64,000 bases of DNA, taken from IMG/VR virus record IMGVR_UViG_3300027374_000001. One strand, written 5' to 3'. The stretch comes from a virus (taxonomy: Duplodnaviria > Caudoviricetes). The notes under the pieces were generated by a model. The model did no database searches and had not been told where the DNA came from. It worked only from the letters and a program-made list of their open reading frames with translations. The translations under genes and the position numbers were made by a program. How positions within the stretch are numbered: the first letter of the stretch is position 1; each line of letters starts with the position of its first letter. This document shows positions 1 through 10,348 of the stretch, piece after piece.

Positions 1-277
1 TTAATAATACCTCGCCCATAGTATCACTCTTAGTAATACTACTTATAGCATCGGCATACATAAGCTTTAGAAATGTCTCTTCTGTAAACGAGTCAGATTC
101 TAATATAGCTTTCATTGAAGAGCTATTCTCTGATGCCCTACCCAATACCTGCTTTCCTAACTCTCTGCCTTCACAATACGTCTTGACCTCATCAGAATAT
201 ATCATTCCTCTTATCAAATCATTCTGTTGCACATAATAATCAGTTGGCGCTCTCATCATAATTGGTGATATAAACAT
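1..277 (-). CDS. hypothetical protein, runs off the window start; carries RGMIY motif
   Basis: Translated by hand: GGAGG RBS, ATG at 277, MFISPIMMRAPTDYYVQQNDLIRGMIYSDEVK..., open to position 1. Confidence 0.75.
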   Translation of the reverse strand, partial: MFISPIMMRAPTDYYVQQNDLIRGMIYSDEVKTYCEGRELGKQVLGRASENSSSMKAILESDSFTEETFLKLMYADAISSITKSDTMGEVLL

Positions 278-355
278 AAAATTATCCTCCTTTGTATTAA
301 TGTCAAAAGTATAATATATTATCAAAAGAAAAAATAAAAAGAGCAGTAAAATTAA

Positions 356-904
356 CTATTGCTCTGTTCTATATTGTTCTATCCTTTTATCATATTCTTC
401 TAAATATGGTGTATTGATATAATCCCTTAAATCATAGTAATCTGAAAAGTATATTAGATATTTTTTAGCTGGGCCATATCCTATATTATATGCGGTAATG
501 TAATCGTCATAGCTTTCTGTATGTTCATGCGCATTATATTCCATGTTTAACGCACTGTAATAATGCATAAAAAGATCCTTTAACTCATCATCTTCAAATG
601 TTACTCCGCAGTATTTATCTATAAATTTCATTTCCATCCGAGACGATTCTGTATAAGTGACAGATATATCATGAGCTTCTGAAAATTCTTCTATATCCCA
701 TCTAGCTTGTAAACCATTCGCTAATGATTCCATAAACTCTTGGGTGGATATTCGTTGAGTTCTCTCTTTCATTTCTTTATCGTCTGTTGTTATAATTAAA
801 AAACCAAGTGCGGAAATTATAACAACCCATAAAATTATGGAAAGCGCAGTTTTAGCTTTATCACTTAAATTATTCATATTACCATTTATTAATTTATCAA
901 TCAT
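356..904 (-). CDS. membrane-anchored hypothetical protein
   Basis: N-terminal hydrophobic helix ALSIILWVVIISALGFLII; start moved to MIDKL (904) after AAAGGG RBS. Confidence 0.65.
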   Translation of the reverse strand: MIDKLINGNMNNLSDKAKTALSIILWVVIISALGFLIITTDDKEMKERTQRISTQEFMESLANGLQARWDIEEFSEAHDISVTYTESSRMEMKFIDKYCGVTFEDDELKDLFMHYYSALNMEYNAHEHTESYDDYITAYNIGYGPAKKYLIYFSDYYDLRDYINTPYLEEYDKRIEQYRTEQ

Positions 905-954
905 TTTGAACAACCCTTTCCTTAGCACACTATTAGACCATAATATTTTAAGAA

Positions 955-1722
955 TCAAATCCTTTTAACTTTCTTAGTTTTACCAGTAATGCGTGTTTTA
1001 CTAGTTGTATTGATATTTCCCATTCGTTTAGATTTTTTCACCATAAATGGAGTTTCTTTAGCGGCAGCATCTTTAGCTACTTTTTTAAGATATGCATCTG
1101 CTGCTTTTTTATCAGCAGATTTCTTTTTCTGAGCTTCTTGTCTTTGCTCTATTTTAGTATCAGCCGGGGTTATCTCTTTCATCATTCTTTTGAAATCTAT
1201 ATCCCTAGTCATACCCCATTTTAATTTATTAAAAAGGCCAAGCTTTTTAGTCATAATATAAGCAAAATATAGACTCTTTACATATCCTACTTGATTACTA
1301 GGGTTTTTTTCTTCTGCTACTTTCTTAATGGCTTCTGGACTCATTACTGGCTTAAGCTCTTTAATAAACATATCATTTTTGATAAAAGCATGAGCAAATG
1401 TATACACAAACGATGGGTCATTAGAATAAAATCTAACAGTATAATTTTCTAAAGTATTATCTGTTAATTTTTTATCTTTTGGAGGGGTAAACTCTATTAC
1501 TACGTCGTAATAGAATTTTTCGATAACTTCGGATGGTACTTTAAAATGAATGTAAAACTTATTTTTTCCTTTATATAACGTATGCCCCATATGCCCCATT
1601 TCTCTAACCATTATATTATTAAATTTGGCATAATATAAATCTCTATACATTGCTCTATTACTTATAACAGCATTAGCTATTCCCATTGGGTTCTGTATGT
1701 ATTGATCAAATGTCATTTCCAT
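955..1722 (-). CDS. hypothetical protein with basic C-terminal tail
   Basis: 255-aa ORF, GAGGAGG RBS. Confidence 0.7.
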   Translation of the reverse strand: MEMTFDQYIQNPMGIANAVISNRAMYRDLYYAKFNNIMVREMGHMGHTLYKGKNKFYIHFKVPSEVIEKFYYDVVIEFTPPKDKKLTDNTLENYTVRFYSNDPSFVYTFAHAFIKNDMFIKELKPVMSPEAIKKVAEEKNPSNQVGYVKSLYFAYIMTKKLGLFNKLKWGMTRDIDFKRMMKEITPADTKIEQRQEAQKKKSADKKAADAYLKKVAKDAAAKETPFMVKKSKRMGNINTTSKTRITGKTKKVKRI

Positions 1723-1776
1723 AAGATTATACCTCCTCTTATTTCAATGTAAAATAGATGAGAAAAAATAAATTTA

Positions 1777-1801
1777 GGCACTAGGAATTACTCCTAGTGC
1801 C
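1777..1801 (-). terminator. intrinsic terminator
   Basis: GGCACTAGGA/TCCTAGTGCC stem, T-tract on minus strand. Confidence 0.7.
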
Positions 1802-1810
1802 CATGCTGTA

Positions 1811-2254
1811 TTATTTTGCAACTTCCTCGTCATTTTCTGCTTCAGGAGTTTCTTCCGGGTCTGGGTTTGAAACTGGATGATCATACGCCGGGGTGTAGGT
1901 ATACTCGCTATGACTAGCTGGTTCTACTGCTGGTTCAGTTTCCAATTCTGTTTCTGTTCCAGGAACTTCAGAACCACTACCAGACACGTCGGTATCTCGA
2001 TCTCCCTCTGCAGCTTCTTCGTAAAATTCTAATTCTTTAAAGGTCTCTGTATTGATAGGAAGTTCTTCTGCTTTTTCTCCTTCCATCATAAATACATCAC
2101 CGAAATTCATGCAACGCATGATCTCCATTTTTGTAAGTTCTACATCTTTCGGTTCTCCTTCTATAAACTGATTATACGGAAGAATAGCCGGAATAGATTT
2201 AAGATCTTTAGGAACAACTCTAACCTTATATAACTTAGCTATTACACTTGCCAT
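1811..2254 (-). CDS. hypothetical protein with acidic low-complexity tail (late gene)
   Basis: ORF preceded by AACA-N6-TAA motif and followed by a hairpin. Confidence 0.7.
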   Translation of the reverse strand: MASVIAKLYKVRVVPKDLKSIPAILPYNQFIEGEPKDVELTKMEIMRCMNFGDVFMMEGEKAEELPINTETFKELEFYEEAAEGDRDTDVSGSGSEVPGTETELETEPAVEPASHSEYTYTPAYDHPVSNPDPEETPEAENDEEVAK

Positions 2255-2311
2255 TTTTCTTTTTTCCTTTCGTTTTATTAGTTTAGAACTTTACATAAAT
2301 GTTTTTAGAAG

Positions 2312-2998
2312 TCATTCCTCTTCAAAATCATCATAATACATACCAAGTATTAAAGGATGAACCGTATTTTCTTGTAACGAAATTTGAGTGTAATTAAATT
2401 TAAAATAATCAAATCTTGTTCTCAACGCCTTATATTCCTCTTCAGTATACATTCCAGAAAAACAAGTATCTCCGTTGGGTTTAATAGCTTCTATAACAGC
2501 ATATGCCAAATCAGGTACTTCATTATTAAATGAACCTTTACTTCCTATACCCCTCACACCTTCAAACCCAGCGTATTGATACGAATCCAACCCATAAGCT
2601 TGGGATATCAGAAACAATACATTAGGATCTACATTTTTACAAAAACTCATATTTACATCTAAATTAGCTTTCCCTTGACCAATATTGTAGCAGCACATTA
2701 TATCTTCAAAATTAGCATTAAAGTTGGTTTTCAAATCCTCATTAAACACTACTGAGAAATCGTCATAGTTATGCCCCATACTTTTGTATTTATTCCACAG
2801 ATTATCTTTTTCTGTGGAGTAATATGATACAAAATCAATCCCAGCCCTCTTTAACAAGAATTCTAAATTTGGATCGTTGTTTATATTGATAATACTATCT
2901 CCAACTTCAATAGAATTTTGAATGTCGTCTAACAATTTTTGTATATTATCTTCGGGTCCTTGAAAACTCACATCACAAGTAAATTCTGGTGCTATCAT
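2312..2998 (-). CDS. YubB/DUF1281 ferredoxin-like protein, diverged paralog of 3012-3752
   Basis: Shared segments with neighbour: F.G...N.Q.L.DDIQ, FL.K..G, L.T(N)..A.F.D, DP..L.LIS..Y, ILGMYY.D. Confidence 0.5.
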   Translation of the reverse strand: MIAPEFTCDVSFQGPEDNIQKLLDDIQNSIEVGDSIININNDPNLEFLLKRAGIDFVSYYSTEKDNLWNKYKSMGHNYDDFSVVFNEDLKTNFNANFEDIMCCYNIGQGKANLDVNMSFCKNVDPNVLFLISQAYGLDSYQYAGFEGVRGIGSKGSFNNEVPDLAYAVIEAIKPNGDTCFSGMYTEEEYKALRTRFDYFKFNYTQISLQENTVHPLILGMYYDDFEEE

Positions 2999-3011
2999 AG
3001 TAACATCTCCT

Positions 3012-3752
3012 TTATTTTATTTCTATATCATAAACCATCCCTGGTATGCAATTAATGTCTTCATAATACATTCCAAGTATACAAGGTATTTGATCTGGTC
3101 CTATTGGTATTATACTTGTCCATAGTTCTTCATTATCCGAGTTGGCTTGTCTAAACTGTTTTTCTGCATTTTCTACATCTGCTCTGTTATTAAAACGCTG
3201 TTCGACCGACTTGTATTCATAGTTATTTCCTTCTTTCCATTCTGTATAACCGCTAAGAATAAATTGTTCTTCTGGAAGTGGGAGAAAACCATAAGCTCCC
3301 TTTGATGCGAACCCGCACCCCGGCTCAAAAGAAACATATTCATATATGGCTTCATATTTCTTAGATATTAAAAGTAACAGTGCAGGGTCAAGGTCCCAAG
3401 CAGACTCCAGTTGAACTTCAATTCCCATCATGCCATATTCATCGTAAATGACATCGCAATCAATAAAATATGCTCTTAAATTTGTCTGCCTTAAATAGGT
3501 TGCGAAATTTAAATCTTCATCTGTGATGTCTTTGTTTTTATCTTTAATAAGTTTAGCGTTGCGCTCATTTTCAGTACTAAGATAGGCACTAGGCGAAAAT
3601 CCGGTCTTTTCAAGGAAATACCACATATTGACAGTATTCCAAATTCTTTTATTACGATCATATTGTAATGCCGATTGAATATCATCATACAATCGCTGTA
3701 CATTTTGTTTTGCGCCATAAAATCTAATCTTTCCACAGCACCAATTTGGCAT
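3012..3752 (-). CDS. YubB/DUF1281 ferredoxin-like domain protein
   Basis: MPNWC N-terminus, ESAW and FEPGCGF motifs typical of this family. Confidence 0.6.
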   Translation of the reverse strand: MPNWCCGKIRFYGAKQNVQRLYDDIQSALQYDRNKRIWNTVNMWYFLEKTGFSPSAYLSTENERNAKLIKDKNKDITDEDLNFATYLRQTNLRAYFIDCDVIYDEYGMMGIEVQLESAWDLDPALLLLISKKYEAIYEYVSFEPGCGFASKGAYGFLPLPEEQFILSGYTEWKEGNNYEYKSVEQRFNNRADVENAEKQFRQANSDNEELWTSIIPIGPDQIPCILGMYYEDINCIPGMVYDIEIK

Positions 3753-3811
3753 TTTTATTCCTCCTTAAAAAATAATGGGATGTCAAGAATCTGGCATCCC
3801 TATACTTTAAT

Positions 3812-5551
3812 TTAGTTACCGTCTTCGTCTCTATAGACATTTTGATTTGCCGATGGGAGTAGACACTGATTTGCTGTAACCATGATAGTTATAACTTTAC
3901 TTATAGCTTCAAGAATAGCTATATCTGTCATCGCGGAAGTTAACACTTTTCCATCATACCTCATAGTTGCAAGGTTAAGAGGCATATATTTGTCTTGTGT
4001 TGTCCCGCAATAATCATGTGCCTCGTCCTCATCTACACAGGTTTTATAAAGATTTGTTATCGTTTCCTTATATGCTTCATAGATAATATTCTCTATATTT
4101 CTTTCTAACCGATGTTCTTTCTCATCAAACTTTTTCACTTCAATAATGGATCGTAATCCTTCGACATTAGCACCGTAACCTACGCCATCTTTCATTGCGG
4201 ATCTACAGTTGAGAACGGCATCTTCGACGGAAGCTCTTAATGAATCTCTATCTGTTACTGTTACTCCTCCGATAAAATACTCTACGAAGTTAACTTGAAG
4301 AGAATTAAGTCTCCTCTTAAGGTTACCAGTAACATTAGCATCTTCCATGTTATCCTGAGCATTCTTTAATTCCTTTTTACAGAAATTAATCAATCCCTTA
4401 TATACAGAAGAATAAACTTCCTTTCCGTTTTCGTCGGTTTCAAACATTTTCCCTGGCCTGATAAAGCTTGAATTAGAGATATCGGAAACAAATTCTTCTG
4501 CGGTTCCACAGAATTTATATACATTTTCTATGGTGGCAGCTTTTCCTTCCTCTACATCTCTCTTATATATATCTGGATTAATATACTTTCCGATTTCTGG
4601 AATACCGCATAATGTAACAATATCATCTAATTGAAATTGTACAGTGTTTGATTGAGCCACAATACAAAGCGGCGGCTTTGGAATTTTATTCTCATCAGCA
4701 CTGTACATCATCAACTCAATATCCTTGAGCCATTGCTGAATGTCTCGTGTAACACTTGGCACCAGAATAACTGTAGGAACATAGGAATCATAATCTCCAT
4801 TCATCATTGGCTGCTGAATGTTATAGTATATGATTGCCTTGAAAAGCTCTACCATATTTTCATCATCAATATTATCTTTGAATGAATAGATGCGCGGTTT
4901 ATGAATCTTGCATTTACCATCCGGGGTGTTGATAAACGCCGGAGAAGCAAACCCTTTACCAAGAGTTAAACCATCGTACTCTTTTAGACGATGATGTTCA
5001 TCCATAGATGCTGCTACGTCAATGAAAACTCCTCTTCCGAACTTTTGATAGATCTGAGTAATCGCATTGGAAACATCTTCATTCCCATTTGTAGAAGTCA
5101 TGCATATATCATAGATGTCATCAATAGTACATTCTCTTGTATTAGTTTTAATCTTTTCAATCATGCTATTAACAACCTTTTGAAACAGGCGTATAAGCAG
5201 ATACGGTCTAGCGTGATTTTCTTTTTCAATATCACACAGTCCTTTAAATATATTGTAAGCCAGGATAACTGCCGAAGTGGTTCCGTCTCCTACGGACTTT
5301 ACAATGTATCTGGTGATCTCCTTCATCTCTTTCTGAATACCCGCTTCAATAGGTCGATAAAACTGAATATCTGATATTACATCGTGTCCATCCTTAGTAT
5401 ACGTATTAGCGTACCCCTGCTTAAGTATCTGGGTATTAGAACCATAAGGACCCGCAGTTTGAGAAACAGCATCGGCAAGTACCTGAAGTGTATCTAATTG
5501 CACCTCTCTTAATTTATTTTTTGAAACAATATTAGTATATCTCATATCCAT
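3812..5551 (-). CDS. groEL: phage GroEL-like chaperonin
   Basis: TAGPYG, TKDG, VGDGTTSA ATP-binding motif, VEDAV; 579 aa. Confidence 0.92.
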   Translation of the reverse strand: MDMRYTNIVSKNKLREVQLDTLQVLADAVSQTAGPYGSNTQILKQGYANTYTKDGHDVISDIQFYRPIEAGIQKEMKEITRYIVKSVGDGTTSAVILAYNIFKGLCDIEKENHARPYLLIRLFQKVVNSMIEKIKTNTRECTIDDIYDICMTSTNGNEDVSNAITQIYQKFGRGVFIDVAASMDEHHRLKEYDGLTLGKGFASPAFINTPDGKCKIHKPRIYSFKDNIDDENMVELFKAIIYYNIQQPMMNGDYDSYVPTVILVPSVTRDIQQWLKDIELMMYSADENKIPKPPLCIVAQSNTVQFQLDDIVTLCGIPEIGKYINPDIYKRDVEEGKAATIENVYKFCGTAEEFVSDISNSSFIRPGKMFETDENGKEVYSSVYKGLINFCKKELKNAQDNMEDANVTGNLKRRLNSLQVNFVEYFIGGVTVTDRDSLRASVEDAVLNCRSAMKDGVGYGANVEGLRSIIEVKKFDEKEHRLERNIENIIYEAYKETITNLYKTCVDEDEAHDYCGTTQDKYMPLNLATMRYDGKVLTSAMTDIAILEAISKVITIMVTANQCLLPSANQNVYRDEDGN

Positions 5552-5564
5552 TTTGTTTTCCTCC

Positions 5565-6215
5565 TTAATACATTGATATCGTATATACTACGCAGCCTAA
5601 TTTTTCAAATTCCATCATATATTCTAATGGTATTACTCTCTTTCCATTGTCATCTTGTATGACGTTAAAATCATAGTCTGCTACATATATTTTTTTCATG
5701 GTTATGTTTTCATCTGAAAATCTTCTTAAAACATTTTCATCTAAAACTTTAACGAATATAGTATCAAACTCATTAAGATTTATACTTTTATTGTGTTCTC
5801 TAGGAATAATTATCTTAGACGATGATAGAATTTTTGAGTCTCTGGTTAAGTTTTCTAAGACATCATTTTCTTTGTCTTTATCGTATCCAATTACAAATTG
5901 AACTTCTCCAGATAGTCCACTTATAATAGCAGTGGAGACTATATTAAGTATTGGTCCATGAAATGGTGACAGGCTAATAATCATATCCCCATGGTTATTC
6001 ATTAGCCACGGATATGAATCTGAGGTTAAACCATTTAATTTTACTATTGGATACTGTATAATAAATTCCTCAATTGGGCATGGGTTTTGTCTTTTGTTAA
6101 GAATGGAATTTATTCTATTCACGTCTACTGCTTGATTAGAAGCTATGGTTAACATACGGCATAATCCATGGTCTAAATCTAAGAGCATATTAGAAGGTAT
6201 ATATATTTTTTCCAT
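5565..6215 (-). CDS. hypothetical protein
   Basis: ORF; start moved to MEKIY after GGAGG. Confidence 0.65.
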   Translation of the reverse strand: MEKIYIPSNMLLDLDHGLCRMLTIASNQAVDVNRINSILNKRQNPCPIEEFIIQYPIVKLNGLTSDSYPWLMNNHGDMIISLSPFHGPILNIVSTAIISGLSGEVQFVIGYDKDKENDVLENLTRDSKILSSSKIIIPREHNKSINLNEFDTIFVKVLDENVLRRFSDENITMKKIYVADYDFNVIQDDNGKRVIPLEYMMEFEKLGCVVYTISMY

Positions 6216-6276
6216 TTTTCCTCCAAAAAATTTTAAGGAGTGCAAGATAAACCTGCACCCCTATGATTGATATCAT

Positions 6277-7026
6277 CTATTCGAGGTCTTCTATTGCCGA
6301 TGACCTCATACTTCTTCCCTGCTCGGAAGAATTATTATTGAAGAATGACTGCTGCGAAGATGATCGAGATGTAGTCCCCTGCCTGTATTCGATTCCAAGT
6401 TTACTCATAACCAGATCAAGTTTAGTTTCTTGACGGGTCTGAGTAAATGACTGAGCATCCATAATCGCATAAGCCGGCCCGCCGCTCATAGCTTTATAGT
6501 ATTCCTCAAGAAGATCACAAAGCTGTTCTACTTCTGTATCATCATAATACACTTTCTTATGTTTAGAATCTTCCTGGCTGAAGTTTTCAATACCATAATG
6601 GTGCTTTTTCTTGAATTGATACATATACGTAGACAGCACCTCTCCATTTTCATTGAGCTTATTGATTACAAGGCACGGACCATCGATACCGAATTCTTCT
6701 CCATTGCAGAATCGAATAAGTCCATCTTTTCCAGAGTTAACTCCTCCATTCTTGATTTCGCCACTCTGAACTCTTCTTATTTCCTTAAGTAGAGTCCTGG
6801 CCTTTGTATGTGTGATCCATATAGACGCTTCATTCTTATGGTCATATGCTATTTCGCTGCCGTTATCCTGTTTAAGAGGTGCGATTGCAATTTTAAGCAT
6901 ACGATTGATAAATGTATAATTTATCGATGATGGATCCATTCCTGTACTGTTTCCGGCGTTATAAGATGAAAATACTACCGGCCCATTATTGTTTCTTGAA
7001 TTGTTGTCTGCATTACCTAATGCCAT
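6277..7026 (-). CDS. hypothetical protein, possibly ssDNA-binding
   Basis: Beta-rich core, S/Q/N-rich disordered tail ending IEDLE; upstream TATATTATA motif; function is a guess. Confidence 0.45.
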   Translation of the reverse strand: MALGNADNNSRNNNGPVVFSSYNAGNSTGMDPSSINYTFINRMLKIAIAPLKQDNGSEIAYDHKNEASIWITHTKARTLLKEIRRVQSGEIKNGGVNSGKDGLIRFCNGEEFGIDGPCLVINKLNENGEVLSTYMYQFKKKHHYGIENFSQEDSKHKKVYYDDTEVEQLCDLLEEYYKAMSGGPAYAIMDAQSFTQTRQETKLDLVMSKLGIEYRQGTTSRSSSQQSFFNNNSSEQGRSMRSSAIEDLE

Positions 7027-7166
7027 TTCTAATTACCTCCTTAGTGATTTAATGATAAGTTCTAGGAATTATTTTATTCCACTTTCATGTATATAATATA
7101 TAATCTTATTACTATTTTAATATAACTCAAGAACACTAAAATAATTAAGGAAAGGAGATTTGCTTT

Positions 7167-8003
7167 ATGGATAGATTAGAAATAATAGATTTGGTAAAGC
7201 CAGCAGCTATAGAAACAATGCAAAATAGAAGAATATTAGCATCAATTCTTATAGCAGAATCGGTTATAATATCAGATAGCAAGAGGGAGATTTTGTACAA
7301 TAATCCACTAGATTTAAGAAGTATGAAAACTGATAAACTCTTTATTTTCAAATCTATAGAAGAGTGTTTCGATTGTTTTGTAGACATGGGGATTATAGCT
7401 AATGGTTATAAAGGGGTATTGGGGAACTATGATTATACTTCGGTGGTAAAATCTTTAAGACTGGGAGATAAGATTAATACTCTTATAGAAATAATCAAAG
7501 CATATCAATTAGACGAGATTGATAAAAAAGTTTTGAAAGATATGTACAGTGGAAAAAGAACGATAATAGAAATAGATAGTACGCCGTTTATGGATCTATA
7601 CCGTGTAAGGAAGTCATTTAAAGACAAGACGGAGAAAATAGCTACTTTTGACTTGGATGAGGCTAAGAAGGTATGTGACGAGTGGCTTGGATATTCAGTG
7701 TTTAATTCTAGAGGAAAGCCGATTTATGTAAATGCCTTAACAGAAGAGGTCAAGGCTAAAATGGACTTAGAGGAGCATATTCCTGCTATAGTTCCAAAAA
7801 CTGGTAGCAGGATAAAATTAAATGCAGTTAATCTATATAAGAACCCAGATGATACTGTTCCATTTAGATCAATCACTGGAGATTATTATATTTATAGTGC
7901 TAAAAAGTATAATGGGAGGTATATGGTTGTAAAATCTGCAGAGGACTTGAAAAGAGGAGAAGAGTATATTTTAGGTTACATTAATGACAGCAATAGAGTA
8001 TAA
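7167..8003 (+). CDS. GH73 glucosaminidase-like protein (apparently degenerate) with C-terminal cell-wall-binding domains
   Basis: ILASILIAESVIISD aligns with GH73 LPSITIAQAILESG; LYRVRKS...GYSVFNSRGKPIY and LY...GDYYIY...NGRY...GYI resemble Clostridia endolysin binding domains. Confidence 0.55.
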   Translation: MDRLEIIDLVKPAAIETMQNRRILASILIAESVIISDSKREILYNNPLDLRSMKTDKLFIFKSIEECFDCFVDMGIIANGYKGVLGNYDYTSVVKSLRLGDKINTLIEIIKAYQLDEIDKKVLKDMYSGKRTIIEIDSTPFMDLYRVRKSFKDKTEKIATFDLDEAKKVCDEWLGYSVFNSRGKPIYVNALTEEVKAKMDLEEHIPAIVPKTGSRIKLNAVNLYKNPDDTVPFRSITGDYYIYSAKKYNGRYMVVKSAEDLKRGEEYILGYINDSNRV

Positions 8004-8011
8004 AAAAGTTT

Positions 8012-8037
8012 CCGGTTGTGGAGAAACCCACAACCGG
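8012..8037. terminator. terminator between convergent genes
   Basis: CCGGTTGTGG/CCACAACCGG stem. Confidence 0.7.
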
Positions 8038-8041
8038 CTTC

Positions 8042-8635
8042 TTATTTGTTATTCATTAAACCCATTAGCTTTTCAGCAAAATTTCTTTGTTTTTCCCCTA
8101 GGTATATATCTTTCTTGTTCTTATTATACCATTCCTTTGTGCTGCTATTATTCGGATTATAGCTCATCGCTTCCCAATCTACAACCATATGAATTACATT
8201 TTTCATAGGCATTTTGCTTTCACAACCATTTTCATGATACCAATTCCAATGATGATGATTGTGAGTATAGTGATGTCTCCATGCTCTTTCTATATCATTT
8301 TTATTGCCTTCTTTTTCTTCTGGTGTAATGGAATAATATTCTTTTCTATATGCATCAAATTCTTCCCTATCCCATTTTGATCTATCGTGTTGATCAATGT
8401 CATGGTCTAAAATAAGAATCATATTTTCATATTCATGCTCGGTCAAATGCAATTCATCTATTAGTAGCTCTTTGAATCCCGGGGTTTCTTTTAATTTGTC
8501 CCATGCTACGTGCACATTGCGAATGTGATTGTTGATGTATTCTTTATATTCATTTTCTCTTTGAATCTTTAACACGTTCCAAATAGACATATTCGTTCCC
8601 TTCTCTTCTCTTTTTATCTCTCCGTATCTATTCAT
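8042..8635 (-). CDS. DUF5662-like HD-related metal-binding protein
   Basis: H..NV, HDRSK, HHYTHNHHHW, MP....HMVVDW.AM. Confidence 0.7.
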   Translation of the reverse strand: MNRYGEIKREEKGTNMSIWNVLKIQRENEYKEYINNHIRNVHVAWDKLKETPGFKELLIDELHLTEHEYENMILILDHDIDQHDRSKWDREEFDAYRKEYYSITPEEKEGNKNDIERAWRHHYTHNHHHWNWYHENGCESKMPMKNVIHMVVDWEAMSYNPNNSSTKEWYNKNKKDIYLGEKQRNFAEKLMGLMNNK

Positions 8636-8659
8636 TATAATTACTCCCTTCACAATAAA

Positions 8660-8687
8660 AATCCCGGAGGATTTCTCCTCCGGGATT
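8660..8687 (-). terminator. intrinsic terminator after holin
   Basis: AATCCCGGAGGA/TCCTCCGGGATT stem. Confidence 0.7.
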
Positions 8688-8705
8688 ATGCAGCTTTATA
8701 ATGAT

Positions 8706-9110
8706 CTAATCGCTATCTTCTCCTGCTTCTTCTTCACCTACGTCGCATTCGTATTCATCGTCCTCCCCGAGAAGAGAATCTTCAATGCCACTACTAATTC
8801 CCTTTAGCAATTCAATAATTTTAGGAATTATGGTAACCGTAAATATATTCTTCCCCTGGGTATGTAGACCGATGGCTATAGCAGTAGTGACTATGGCAAT
8901 CACAATACTAGTAATAGAGAATCCATGCTGGATGAACTCAATTACAATAGCAACGAAAAGCAAAAACGGCGGAATGAGATCGTTCTGTACCTTTGCTAAG
9001 AACTTAAAGTGTTTTATACAAAACCCTAAAGCCAAGAGACAGATCAAAACAACCATATCCACATTACGTATCACTTCGTTTAAGAGCTGCTGCATAACAT
9101 CTCCCGTCAT
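8706..9110 (-). CDS. phage holin
   Basis: Three TM segments, LGFCIK...NDLIP..L, AIGLH pattern of Firmicutes phage holins; acidic tail. Confidence 0.7.
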   Translation of the reverse strand: MTGDVMQQLLNEVIRNVDMVVLICLLALGFCIKHFKFLAKVQNDLIPPFLLFVAIVIEFIQHGFSITSIVIAIVTTAIAIGLHTQGKNIFTVTIIPKIIELLKGISSGIEDSLLGEDDEYECDVGEEEAGEDSD

Positions 9111-9251
9111 ATTGGTGCTCCTCCTTTCTACAAAGTTATTTATAAGTTAGATGTATATTACTTTATCTACTGGCGTAGCAGAACATTAATATAACCTATA
9201 ATGGTTGTTCACACGTATCAAAAATAATAAAAGAAAGGAGGATTAATCGGT

Positions 9252-10310
9252 GTGAATAAAAAAAATAAGAAGTCATTAGTTCTAATAAGACTAATGATAT
9301 TTATTATTGTTGCCTTCTCTTCGTCTGTTATCCTTTATACGAACGTTATAAATGATCTCAAAAAGTCTTCAGATAACAACATAAGATATTTAAAGAATAG
9401 TATGTATAATTCTATATATACTTATCTTGATATTCTTATGGACGAAGCTAAAGAAGAGGTGGATCAAACAGGCGAAGATGTCAAAAGAGATTTATTGTCA
9501 TTGCCAAAAGAGCAGCTCAAAGACATTCAAGAAGACATGAGTAATGATATTCACAATCCAGTTCTTCATGAAATAATTAATAATAATATAAAAGGTAAGG
9601 ATTTCAAAGGTGTTAATAATTCCAAAAATAGTATGCTTGCTATGACATCAAATGGTGTTTTGGAAGATTTTAATTACCGAAGAGCCGAAACTATATCCCA
9701 AAACAGTAATACTCATATTACTAACAGATCTTGGGAACATGAGATAGAGAATTCATTTAACAGTTCATTAGCACAAGTTAGCGTCGATAAGTTATTAAAT
9801 CGTACTAATGGAATTATTGCATTTGAACCGTATAATCTCATTAATGGGCAGGATTCTCATATAATGATAAAGGAATTTACATATGATGAAGTTAAAAAGG
9901 TTTATCTCAATGAAGGCTTAGATGGGCTTAGAAACTATCAAGTGTATATTCCATACTATATAACCAGTAATGGAGATATATTTGGACAAGAAGATATAAT
10001 TCATGGAGTAAAGCAAGATAATAATAAAATAATAATAGTTCAGGAATTCAATCTTTATGATCAAATCATAAATAATGCTTCTTATCTAACAGATGATGAT
10101 GAGATCATAGAAGTAATACGAGATGAATATTCTGAGACTATTAGAATACTATACCTATTTGGAGTCGCATTAGTAATCGCAGTGTGTGGACTCATTTTCT
10201 ATTTTTGTAGCCTATACAATATGATAGTCGAGCATGAAAATGAAAGCGTCGATACAGACGACAGCGATACAATAACTAAAGATGATAACCCAAATTGTGC
10301 TAAATCATAA
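9252..10310 (+). CDS. two-TM membrane protein with large extracytoplasmic domain
   Basis: TM helices near both ends; GTG start after AGGAGG; AACA-N6-TAA upstream. Confidence 0.65.
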   Translation: MNKKNKKSLVLIRLMIFIIVAFSSSVILYTNVINDLKKSSDNNIRYLKNSMYNSIYTYLDILMDEAKEEVDQTGEDVKRDLLSLPKEQLKDIQEDMSNDIHNPVLHEIINNNIKGKDFKGVNNSKNSMLAMTSNGVLEDFNYRRAETISQNSNTHITNRSWEHEIENSFNSSLAQVSVDKLLNRTNGIIAFEPYNLINGQDSHIMIKEFTYDEVKKVYLNEGLDGLRNYQVYIPYYITSNGDIFGQEDIIHGVKQDNNKIIIVQEFNLYDQIINNASYLTDDDEIIEVIRDEYSETIRILYLFGVALVIAVCGLIFYFCSLYNMIVEHENESVDTDDSDTITKDDNPNCAKS

Positions 10311-10348
10311 TTTGCTAAATACATGTATAAGGAGGTATCGATGGTATA

